From an archaeon (GTDB lineage: Archaea > Iainarchaeota > Iainarchaeia > Iainarchaeales > CSSED10-239), in assembly GCA_041677685.1 (NCBI GenBank), contig JBAYPN010000027.1:1-9130 (forward strand): a stretch of DNA of 9,130 bases, given 5' to 3'. This document shows positions 1 through 6,648 of this stretch, in pieces (within the stretch, counting starts at the first letter, position 1; every line of letters starts with the position of its first letter). Under the pieces are notes generated by a model. That model was given only the letters and a program-made list of their open reading frames with translations. It was not told the DNA's origin and made no database searches. A program made the translations under genes and the position numbers.

Positions 1-392
1 ACAGAAATTAAATCTAAATCTTTTAAGATTTGTAGATCTTCAAATGGTCTTTTTCTTGTGATCTTTGCTTGCTCAACAGGTGAGTTTAAAGAGATGTATG
101 CTAATGTTTTTAGTTCACTTTTAGAAAGAGTATTTCCTGTTGCAAAGATATTGAATGGTTGAAAGTCTGGTTTAATTACCATCTCTAATTTGTTATTATC
201 TTTTATAATCTCAATTGAGGTTTTTCTTTTACTATAATCATTTATTAGTTCATCAATCTCTAGATCAATTAGATCTTTTGAAATGTTTGGAAGTGCAGAG
301 TAGATTTTCTTAATGGCTACTGCTTTTGGAGACATAAATAAAATACATTCTATTGATAGTCTTAAATAATCAGAACCTTCTTTGTTTAACAT
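1..392 (-). CDS. scpB: Segregation and condensation protein B (ScpB), N-terminal ~130 codons; the gene continues past the left edge of the window
   Basis: Not in the supplied ORF track because the window edge truncates it. My translation of the minus strand from the ATG at 390-392 is MLNKEGSDYLRLSIECILFMSPKAVAIKKIYSALPNISKDLIDLEIDELINDYSKRKTSIEIIKDNNKLEMVIKPDFQPFNIFATGNTLSKSELKTLAYISLNSPVEQAKITRKRPFEDLQILKDLDLIS, and it stays open to position 1. The layout matches ScpB. It opens with 'iEaiLF.s..p', has the 'ielv..dn.y.l..k' segment, and carries the second winged-helix signature 'LS.aeLetLAyIa..qPv...ei..iR'. It lies on the same strand as scpA. Confidence 0.8.
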   Translation of the reverse strand, partial: MLNKEGSDYLRLSIECILFMSPKAVAIKKIYSALPNISKDLIDLEIDELINDYSKRKTSIEIIKDNNKLEMVIKPDFQPFNIFATGNTLSKSELKTLAYISLNSPVEQAKITRKRPFEDLQILKDLDLIS

Positions 393-413
393 ATTTTCTC
401 TAAGATTAATAAA

Positions 414-1214
414 TTATAGGCAATTACTAGCATTAATTACAACCTCTATATTTTCTTGTCCCCTCTGTCCAAGTGTGTTAGTAATTTCTAAAGATATGTT
501 CGTGTTACCGTTTCCATAAACACTTCCCATATCTGGAGTTGTATAATTTGCACAACCATCAACAGAAGGTAAGGTTGTTGTTCCAATTTTCCAAACACAA
601 ACTAAGCCATCAGGATCAAAATCAGCTGTGTTTGAAACTAAAACTATTTTATTATGCTTACAAATAAAATCTCCGTCTGATGGAGAGTCAATAATACCAC
701 CAAAAATATCTTTTTTATAAATATTTACATTAACTGTATCTGTGGAAATATTTCCATCTGCATCAGTTGCATTTAAAGTAATTGTCTTATTGAGCCCAAG
801 ACCAACACTAGATGCTAAAACTTGTTCTGAACAACCAATAATCGGCATACCTACTGGAGAATATGTCCAAAGACAAGTAATTGGATTAGCACCATGTTCA
901 CTTGTCATATCTAAGTCTATATTACCTGTGTTTAAAAAATTTACATTCACAGAAGGAGAAGTAATTGTTGCTGTAAAAGTATCTGCTGGTGGAGGTGTTG
1001 TTGGAACAGAACCATCTTCCTTGTAAGCTTTTAGAGTCTCGACATACCCTTCAACTGTACTGTCAATTTGTTGATTAGTTTCATCTGCAGAATCAATTGA
1101 TCTGTTAGAGGAATTAATAACTAAAACCCCTACCAAAATTGCAGCAATAATAAGTACTGCTAAAATAACAATCATCTCTATAGATATTTGCCCTTTATTT
1201 ATTTTTAAGTTCAT
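414..1214 (-). CDS. Secreted or pilus-type protein: class III (archaeal type IV pilin-like) signal peptide, Pro/Thr linker and two tandem PKD-like Ig-fold domains; putative adhesive pilin
   Basis: The N-terminus is MNLKINKG|QISIEMIVILAVLIIAAILVGVLVI. This gives a short basic leader and a KG|Q prepilin-peptidase-type site. It has the QxSxE pattern, with Glu at +5, of archaeal class III signal peptides, followed by a ~22-aa hydrophobic helix. A TTPPPADT linker follows. Two related modules come next, each with I[TD]SPS...C[LV]W...GC...I[TS]L..T...G...[VI].V.I. The second contains DFDPDGLVCVWKIG, which resembles the PKD-domain DpDG..sY.W core. Confidence 0.8.
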   Translation of the reverse strand: MNLKINKGQISIEMIVILAVLIIAAILVGVLVINSSNRSIDSADETNQQIDSTVEGYVETLKAYKEDGSVPTTPPPADTFTATITSPSVNVNFLNTGNIDLDMTSEHGANPITCLWTYSPVGMPIIGCSEQVLASSVGLGLNKTITLNATDADGNISTDTVNVNIYKKDIFGGIIDSPSDGDFICKHNKIVLVSNTADFDPDGLVCVWKIGTTTLPSVDGCANYTTPDMGSVYGNGNTNISLEITNTLGQRGQENIEVVINASNCL

Positions 1215-1239
1215 ATGATAATATTGTTAAGTGATAGCT

Positions 1240-1247
1240 TTTATAAA
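1240..1247 (-). promoter_or_regulatory. TATA-box-like element (minus-strand TTTATAAA) about 30 nt upstream of the pilin-like gene ATG
   Basis: The minus strand reads ...ATATTTATAAAAGCTATCACTTAACAATATTATCAT-ATG. The spacing fits an archaeal promoter producing a leaderless or near-leaderless mRNA. Caveat: TATA-like strings are common in DNA this AT-rich. Confidence 0.35.
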
Positions 1248-1267
1248 TATATTGTTACTTATAAAAA

Positions 1268-1972
1268 TCAAATAATTTTAATAAAAATTTCAGAAAAAAA
1301 ATCATCTTGCCAAATGTTTACTTTCTGCTCTTGAGATAAAAATAATAATGGTATAAAATAATTGTCAACTAAGTTCTGCAACTCAGAATCTTTATTTAAC
1401 AACTTAGAAAAGGTAGTGCATCCTTCCTTATCAACCTTACCTTTCAAACCCTCAAACAATCTATTTATTCTAATTCCAATATCTTCAGTTTTTTTAGGCA
1501 AAATAAAAACATCTTCCTTTTTTTCTTTAATTTTTCTTTCAAGATTTGATTTTGTAGGTCTGTTCATCATAAAATTAACAACATCAATCAATTCATCTAA
1601 GGATACTTGCCCTTCCTTAAATCTTGCAGGATTATCTATATTTAAAAGACCATCTAAAAAATCTTCTTCATTTGGAATCTTTAAAGGCTCCTCTTCCTCA
1701 ATGCTTGTAAGCTTTAAGGTAAAGGCTTTTATTTTTAAAAGAATAGCAGCAGCTAATAATGCATTTGCAGGAACTAAAAGATTATCTTTTTTCATGTCTT
1801 GAATCTTTCTTAAATAAAGATCAATTAGATTAATAATATCTAAATTCCAAATATCAAAATCATTAGACTTAACAACATCATTTAGAAGTATCTTCCAATT
1901 TGGTTGCTCTATAATGTCTACAAGTGTGTCCATAAAAAATTTCCAATTTTGTCTTAGATTAAAGAATAACAT
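1268..1972 (-). CDS. scpA: Segregation and condensation protein A (ScpA, kleisin subunit of SMC-ScpAB)
   Basis: FDIWNLDIINLIDLYLRKIQDM...LLVPANALLAAAILLKIKAFTLKL parallels the ScpA N-terminal motif (idI.di.i..it.qYl.yl......l..a.eyLvmAA.Ll.iKs..Ll). An acidic linker follows (EEEEPLKIPNEEDF). The C-terminal winged-helix-like end LVDNYFIPLLFLSQEQKVNIWQDDFFSEIFI parallels vv.tFlAiLEL.k...i.i.Q...F.dI.i. The more likely start is the internal ATG at 1931-1933 (MDTLVDII...), because the TATA-like TTTAAATA lies only ~10 nt from the 1972 ATG. Confidence 0.85.
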   Translation of the reverse strand: MLFFNLRQNWKFFMDTLVDIIEQPNWKILLNDVVKSNDFDIWNLDIINLIDLYLRKIQDMKKDNLLVPANALLAAAILLKIKAFTLKLTSIEEEEPLKIPNEEDFLDGLLNIDNPARFKEGQVSLDELIDVVNFMMNRPTKSNLERKIKEKKEDVFILPKKTEDIGIRINRLFEGLKGKVDKEGCTTFSKLLNKDSELQNLVDNYFIPLLFLSQEQKVNIWQDDFFSEIFIKII

Positions 1973-1984
1973 ATAAAAATATTT

Positions 1985-2010
1985 AAAAAGAGAAAAGGAA
2001 AAAAAAGAAA
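1985..2010 (-). terminator. Oligo-T tract cluster (minus strand TTTCTTTTTTTTCCTTTTCTCTTTTT) immediately after the stop of the 227-aa gene
   Basis: Runs of T8, T4 and T5 sit directly downstream of the TAG at 2011-2013. Archaeal intrinsic termination uses oligo-T tracts. The tract is followed by a TATA-like TTTAAATA upstream of scpA. Confidence 0.45.
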
Positions 2011-2694
2011 CTATTCCTCTAATATCTTAGCACCAAAAGATTGAGCATCAATATCACATAATTTTATTTTCTTAGATTGTCCTTCAATATACAAGACATT
2101 ATCTTTCTCAAAATAAATTACAATTGAGTCTGTTACCAATCTAAACTTGATTGCTTTTGATTTTAGAATCTCATCATAAATTAAATTAATATTCTCCGGA
2201 AGAACAACAATATCTGTGCCTATTTTTTTACCTTTTATTTTTCCAGAAATTTCATTTAGATCAATTGTTCCTACAACATTTACCTTTAAGATAAGTTCAT
2301 CAATATTAAAAGAATCAATTAATTTTTTTAAATATTCTTGTGATTTTTTAGAATCTGAAAAGACATATGTTCTGTAGGTTCTAAATTTTTCTAAAAAGTT
2401 ATTACCTAAATCTAATTCCTTATTAAAGATATCCATATCATTCTTTATATTTGAAACAATTTGGTTCATTTTCTTGTATAATGGTATTAGTTCTCTTTTT
2501 TTTATCTCTTGTTCAATTTCCTTTTCTAAATGTGTGTTTTTCTTGTTTATCAGTTCAATTTCTTTATAGTCTCTAATGATTTCTTTAAAGATTTCTGAAA
2601 GTGGAGTGTACAGCTCTGTGGCTCTACTTGTCCTATAAAGTCCTTTATTTAATGATTCAAATGATTTTTTAAGTTTTGAATTTACATCACTCAT
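2011..2694 (-). CDS. Hypothetical protein: Lys/Glu-rich coiled-coil N-terminal half plus a mixed alpha/beta C-terminal domain
   Basis: This is a 227-aa ORF with no competing frame. The N-terminal ~110 aa are heptad-like and charged (KEIELINKKNTHLEKEIEQEIKKRELIPLYKKMNQIVSNIKNDMDIFNKEL). The C-terminal part has alternating hydrophobic strands (VNVVGTIDL, DIVVLPENINLIYDEIL, FRLVTDSIVIYFEKDNVLYIEG). A purine-rich GGGGTTGA sits 8-15 nt upstream of the ATG. I recognise no family. Confidence 0.65.
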   Translation of the reverse strand: MSDVNSKLKKSFESLNKGLYRTSRATELYTPLSEIFKEIIRDYKEIELINKKNTHLEKEIEQEIKKRELIPLYKKMNQIVSNIKNDMDIFNKELDLGNNFLEKFRTYRTYVFSDSKKSQEYLKKLIDSFNIDELILKVNVVGTIDLNEISGKIKGKKIGTDIVVLPENINLIYDEILKSKAIKFRLVTDSIVIYFEKDNVLYIEGQSKKIKLCDIDAQSFGAKILEE

Positions 2695-2765
2695 ATTACT
2701 TCAACCCCTTTTTTGATATTATTTTTAACCCCAATATATAATAGACAATACTTATTATTAAAGAT

Positions 2766-2879
2766 ATGGTTTTAAAAAAACTAGAGTTTACTTTAAAAAA
2801 GTTTGGTTTTAAAAGAACTTGGGGATTTAGAGGGTCGGGTAGTAGAGAAAAAAGAAAAAAATTAAAAAAGAAGATTTAA
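2766..2879 (+). CDS. Possible 37-codon small basic ORF (MVLKKLEFTLKKFGFKRTWGFRGSGSREKRKKLKKKI), below the track's length cut-off
   Basis: ATG at 2766, TAA at 2877-2879. A TATA-like AATATATAAT at 2733-2742 is centred ~28 nt upstream of the ATG, which is leaderless geometry. The ORF lies in an otherwise unexplained 234-nt gap between the start of the 227-aa gene and the convergent trxB stop. Coding status is unproven. Confidence 0.25.
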   Translation: MVLKKLEFTLKKFGFKRTWGFRGSGSREKRKKLKKKI

Positions 2880-2928
2880 TCTTAAATTTTAATTGAGATT
2901 TACCTTCTTTAATTGTTTCCTCAGCCTA

Positions 2929-3840
2929 TCACTTGTTTGCCTTTAGGTCAATGTATGAATGGTAAGCTGCAACTGCGCCTTGAGAGACAGCAGTAACAAT
3001 TTGTTTTAAATCACTAACATTTGTTGCATCTCCTGCAGCAAATATTCCAAAGATGTTTGTTCTTTGCTCTTTGTCTACTATGATTTCTTCTCTTGAGTCT
3101 AACTTTATATCTAATTTGTTTAAAAGATCAGTATTTGGAATTGCCCCAATTTCTATAAACAATCCATCAATTTCAATTGTTTTTTGTGTATTTAATTTAA
3201 TTTTCTCTAATCTTTCTTCCCCAAGTAACTCAATTACTTCAGAATTATAACAAACTTCTATTTTTTCTTGCTTATTTAAGGCTTCTGTCCACATTGGTTC
3301 TGATCTTAGTTTGTCTTTTCTGTATATTAAGTATACTTTCTTTGCAACATCGGCTAATAGCAAAGAAGCAGTTACTGCTGCATCAGAACCACCAATAACC
3401 CCTACAATCTTATCTTTATAAAAAGCACCATCACAAGTTGCACAATAATGTATGCCTTTTCCTGCCAATTCTTCTTCTCTTTTAAGACCTAATTTCTTTT
3501 TCTTTTTTCCAATTCCTAAAATTACTTTTTTAGCTTTTACTGTCCTTTGATCAGTGTTAACTATAAAGATATCATTTTCTTTTTTAATATCTACCACTTT
3601 GTCATAATATAAAGGAATTTTTAAATCTGTAATCTGTTCTGTCATGTCAGACATCAACTGCATACCTGTAATTTCTTTAATTCCAGGATAATTACAGATC
3701 TTGTGAGCAGAAGAAGTTGTTCCTCCAAAAGAATCTGTAAACATAATTGTAGACATTTTATATCTTCCAGCATATAAAGCTGCAGACATTCCTGCTGGTC
3801 CACCGCCAACAACTACCAAATCGTATATATTTTCTGTCAT
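2929..3840 (-). CDS. trxB: Thioredoxin-disulfide reductase (low-molecular-weight TrxR family flavoprotein)
   Basis: The FAD-binding motif is DLVVVGGGPAGMSAALYAGRY and the redox-active motif is CATC within HYCATCDGAFY. The second dinucleotide-binding segment is KIVGVIGGSDAAVTASLLLA and the C-terminal FAD motif is IFAAGDA. At 303 aa, the length is typical for this family. Confidence 0.92.
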   Translation of the reverse strand: MTENIYDLVVVGGGPAGMSAALYAGRYKMSTIMFTDSFGGTTSSAHKICNYPGIKEITGMQLMSDMTEQITDLKIPLYYDKVVDIKKENDIFIVNTDQRTVKAKKVILGIGKKKKKLGLKREEELAGKGIHYCATCDGAFYKDKIVGVIGGSDAAVTASLLLADVAKKVYLIYRKDKLRSEPMWTEALNKQEKIEVCYNSEVIELLGEERLEKIKLNTQKTIEIDGLFIEIGAIPNTDLLNKLDIKLDSREEIIVDKEQRTNIFGIFAAGDATNVSDLKQIVTAVSQGAVAAYHSYIDLKANK

Positions 3841-3935
3841 AATTTCTCACATATATAATATACTAACAAAATCTATTTAAATTATTTGTAAAAAGTTAAA
3901 TTAAAATTAGAAATAAAAAACTTAAACCTAAACAC

Positions 3936-3956
3936 AAAAGAAAATAAAAAGAAAAG
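3936..3956 (-). terminator. T-rich tract (minus strand CTTTTCTTTTTATTTTCTTTTG) about 15 nt downstream of the tfb stop
   Basis: Runs of T4, T5, T4 and T4 follow the TAA at 3972-3974. This is consistent with archaeal oligo-T termination but weaker than the other tracts called here. Confidence 0.3.
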
Positions 3957-3971
3957 GGAGCTTAAAAGTTT

Positions 3972-4874
3972 TTAAGCATCAACCTTTAATTTCAATTTTG
4001 ACTTAAGTTCCCTATATCTGTTTCTGATGGTTACTTCAGTTACTCCAGCAACATTAGCAACTTCCTTTTGAGTTCTTCTTTCGCCAACCATCAAAGCAGC
4101 AATGTAAACTGCAGCTGCAGCAACACCAGTTGGACCTCTTCCTGAGATCAACCCTGACGCAATTGCCTTTTTAACAATCAATTTACCTTTTGCTTCAACT
4201 TCTGCTGAAAGATTTAAAACAGATACAAATCTAGAAATATAATAACTTGGATCTGTTAAAGGCACAGAAATGTCTAGTTCTTTAACTATAAATCTATAAG
4301 TTCTTCCAATTTCTTTTTTAGTTAATCCAGAAGCTTCTGCCATCTCGTTTAATGTTCTTGGAACATTATATGTTCTACATACAGAGTATAACACAGCTGC
4401 AACAACCGCTTCAATTAGTCTTCCTCTAATCAATCCTTTTTCAACAGTCTTTCTGTATAGTAAAGCTGCTGTTTCTACTAAAGAGTTAGGAATATTTAAA
4501 TAAGATGCAATTCTTCTAAGTTCAGTTAATGCAATTGAAAGATTTCTTTGCATTGAGTTTGAAATTGATGACCTTTTATGCCATTTTATTAATCTATACA
4601 TTTGAGCTCTTGACTTTGTGGATAATTTATTTCCTCTTAGATCCCTTCCACTTCTCTCAATCATTGTTTCAAGACCTTTATTTATTTTTGTAAATTTCAT
4701 TGGTGAGCCAGTACCAACATTATCTTGTTTATCAGAATTATCAAAAGATCTCCAATCTTTACCCATATCTATTTGATCTTCAGAAAGAATTACATGACAT
4801 TTCTTACACACATATTCTCCAGACTTTGGATCTCTATAGACTTGTTCGCTACCACATTCAGGACATTTTACCAT
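3972..4874 (-). CDS. tfb: Transcription initiation factor IIB (TFB)
   Basis: There is an N-terminal zinc ribbon, CPECGS-x15-CKKC. The B-reader/linker region is KDWRSFDN. Two cyclin-fold repeats follow (LTELRRIASYLNIP..VETAALLYRK..GRLIEAVVAAVLYSVCR and ISRFVSVLNLS..RGPTGVAAAAVYIAA). The C-terminal helix-turn-helix is VAGVTEVTIRNRYREL. Confidence 0.95.
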   Translation of the reverse strand: MVKCPECGSEQVYRDPKSGEYVCKKCHVILSEDQIDMGKDWRSFDNSDKQDNVGTGSPMKFTKINKGLETMIERSGRDLRGNKLSTKSRAQMYRLIKWHKRSSISNSMQRNLSIALTELRRIASYLNIPNSLVETAALLYRKTVEKGLIRGRLIEAVVAAVLYSVCRTYNVPRTLNEMAEASGLTKKEIGRTYRFIVKELDISVPLTDPSYYISRFVSVLNLSAEVEAKGKLIVKKAIASGLISGRGPTGVAAAAVYIAALMVGERRTQKEVANVAGVTEVTIRNRYRELKSKLKLKVDA

Positions 4875-4879
4875 ATTAA

Positions 4880-4885
4880 CACCTC
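4880..4885 (-). promoter_or_regulatory. Shine-Dalgarno-like GAGGTG, 5 nt upstream of the tfb ATG
   Basis: The minus strand reads ATAGAGGTGTTAAT-ATG. GAGGTG is complementary to the conserved archaeal 16S 3' end (..CACCUCC..). A related GAGAGTGAT (8576-8584, minus strand) precedes rpl15e. Confidence 0.5.
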
Positions 4886-5067
4886 TATATTCTTTAAAAT
4901 CTTTTTTTAAAAAATAGTATCCTTTTTTAAAATTACTTTTTAGATTAAAAGTAAACCTATATAAATATAATGGTTTCCCAAAGTATATAAAGCTTTTGTT
5001 TTTTTAGGTTTTGTAGAATAAGATAAAAAAGTTATAAGTTAAGAAAATGAAAATTAATTGTAAAATC

Positions 5068-6513
5068 CTAATCTAAAATTTCTTCTTTTGGTTTTTTATA
5101 ACTAATTATACTTGAGGTAAATGTTGGTCTAAAAAGTATTCTTAAAGGATCTTTGTTTGGATAATATACCACCCCATCATTACTGTCAACCATGTTTATC
5201 TTAACATTATAAAGCTTGTCACCTTTAAAATCAGATTCTGCTTTACTACTAATTAAGCTAGAGATTACAGAATTATTTTTTAAAATTGAAAAGATATTAC
5301 TACCAACAAATAAATTGTTTAAAATATTTTTAGATTCAGGAAGCACAATTAATATATCATCTTTTAAAGAATTTGAAAATCTGTCTAGAATATGGTTTAC
5401 ATAATAAACATAAAATGGATGTTTGTCATCAATATTTAAAATCTTTACAGAACCAATATGCTTATATCTTTGTTCAAAAAGAACAGAAAGATCAGTTTCT
5501 CCAAAAACTGAAGAATAACTTTTATCTAAGATTACTAATTTTGAAATTACTCTTTGCTTTTCAAATTGTGTAATTGTTTCTGTGATTTCTAAGTTTTTAA
5601 TATTAACAATTAGCTCTTTAATGTCTAAAATATTAGAAGTATAACCTAAAGACAAAATTTCAGCAGAAATACCTGCAAATTTAAAAATATTTAAAAAAGC
5701 ATTTTTTGGAATTGCAAACAAAGGTATCTTGATGTCTAAATAGTTTATATTCTTTACAGGGAATCCAAAAGGGTCCATATTTAGATTAAAGTCATTTATG
5801 ATATCATTGTTTTGTTGAGGAAATCCTAGACTTGAAAACATCTTAGTTATATCAAAAATAATCACAGTCTTTGAAGATAATAAAAAATTCTCACAAACAA
5901 TCTTCATAGAAAAAACTCTATCATTTAAAGATGATCCAAACACTGCAACAGAGTTTAATTGTTCTAAGTCTGTTGTTACTAAAATATTATTCTTCTTCCC
6001 TAAAATTAATTTGTTCATAGGAACAGTTCCTGAAAAATCAAAAGAAAATTTTAAATTTGTTAATATCTTTGAAATGATTGGGTCTGAAAAAAAGAAGTTA
6101 GTGTCATTGTCCCCAGCTAATTTTAAAGAAGTTAATTTAATATCATAAGAGCTTATTATTGAAATTATTGACCCAACTCTTTTGTTTAGTTCTAATATTT
6201 TTTTATCAATATGGTATGATAAGGTGTTAATATCAATATATTCTACATCTGTTTGAAACAATAAATATTTGTAAGTATTATTTTCTCCAATGTCTATATG
6301 CTTTTGGTAAATTACAGCAGGGTAAGGTAAGGTATTTACAAACACCTCTATATCTCCTTTTGCTAAAAAAACCTTATACACTTGAACTAAAACACTATTT
6401 TGATCTCTAACTTTTAGAAAAGAAACAAACACATCATCTTGATATAGTATATTTAACTCTTTGTTACCATACTTTCCTTCAAAAAGTGTATTCCAAGTAC
6501 TTAGTAGAACCAT
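5068..6513 (-). CDS. Hypothetical 481-aa protein; possible degenerate HerA/FtsK-like (DUF87-type) P-loop fold lacking Walker A
   Basis: This is a long uninterrupted ORF, and the two plus-strand ORFs inside it are low-complexity shadows. The segment LILGKKNNILVTTDLEQLNSVAVFGSSLNDRVFSMKIVCENFLLSSKTVIIFDITKMF follows the order of HerA-type ATPases (i.lG....pv.ldl..l..H.ai.G.TGSGKS......l...l...g..viifD..GEY). The GSGKS position is replaced by SSLNDR. DDILIVLPES (aa 385-394) sits where a Walker B hhhhDEaH would be. No GxxxxGK[ST] occurs anywhere in the protein. The fold assignment is inference. Confidence 0.75.
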   Translation of the reverse strand: MVLLSTWNTLFEGKYGNKELNILYQDDVFVSFLKVRDQNSVLVQVYKVFLAKGDIEVFVNTLPYPAVIYQKHIDIGENNTYKYLLFQTDVEYIDINTLSYHIDKKILELNKRVGSIISIISSYDIKLTSLKLAGDNDTNFFFSDPIISKILTNLKFSFDFSGTVPMNKLILGKKNNILVTTDLEQLNSVAVFGSSLNDRVFSMKIVCENFLLSSKTVIIFDITKMFSSLGFPQQNNDIINDFNLNMDPFGFPVKNINYLDIKIPLFAIPKNAFLNIFKFAGISAEILSLGYTSNILDIKELIVNIKNLEITETITQFEKQRVISKLVILDKSYSSVFGETDLSVLFEQRYKHIGSVKILNIDDKHPFYVYYVNHILDRFSNSLKDDILIVLPESKNILNNLFVGSNIFSILKNNSVISSLISSKAESDFKGDKLYNVKINMVDSNDGVVYYPNKDPLRILFRPTFTSSIISYKKPKEEILD

Positions 6514-6648
6514 AATAATTATTCCAAAATATATAATATATAACTTTATAAATATTTAAAACAAAACATTTTTAATAAGTAACATATTAAATACTATTAA
6601 ATATTTTAAGATATACTTATATAAAATATGAAATAAAGGTAATAATCT

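Noticed and set aside
1934-1972. The 13-codon N-terminal extension of scpA (MLFFNLRQNWKFF) implied by the longest-ORF start at 1972.
   Set aside because: The TATA-like TTTAAATA lies only ~10 nt upstream of this ATG, so a transcript starting ~25 nt downstream of the box would exclude it. The extension has no counterpart in ScpA, and the ATG at 1931-1933 begins the conserved region. The longest coordinates are kept in the feature table, with the alternative start noted.
3494-3508. The homopolymer-rich stretch inside trxB (plus strand TTCTTTTTCTTTTTT, encoding GKKKKKL), considered as a possible frameshift or pseudogene site.
   Set aside because: The reading frame is continuous, and family motifs are intact on both sides (the GGGPAG FAD motif upstream, CATC and GD motifs downstream). 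Nothing indicates a frameshift.
3961-3976. The palindrome CTTAAAA-GT-TTTTAAG overlapping the tfb stop codon.
   Set aside because: It is a 7-bp all-A/T-dominated stem with a 2-nt loop, which is sterically poor and expected by chance at this base composition. The adjacent oligo-T tracts explain termination better.
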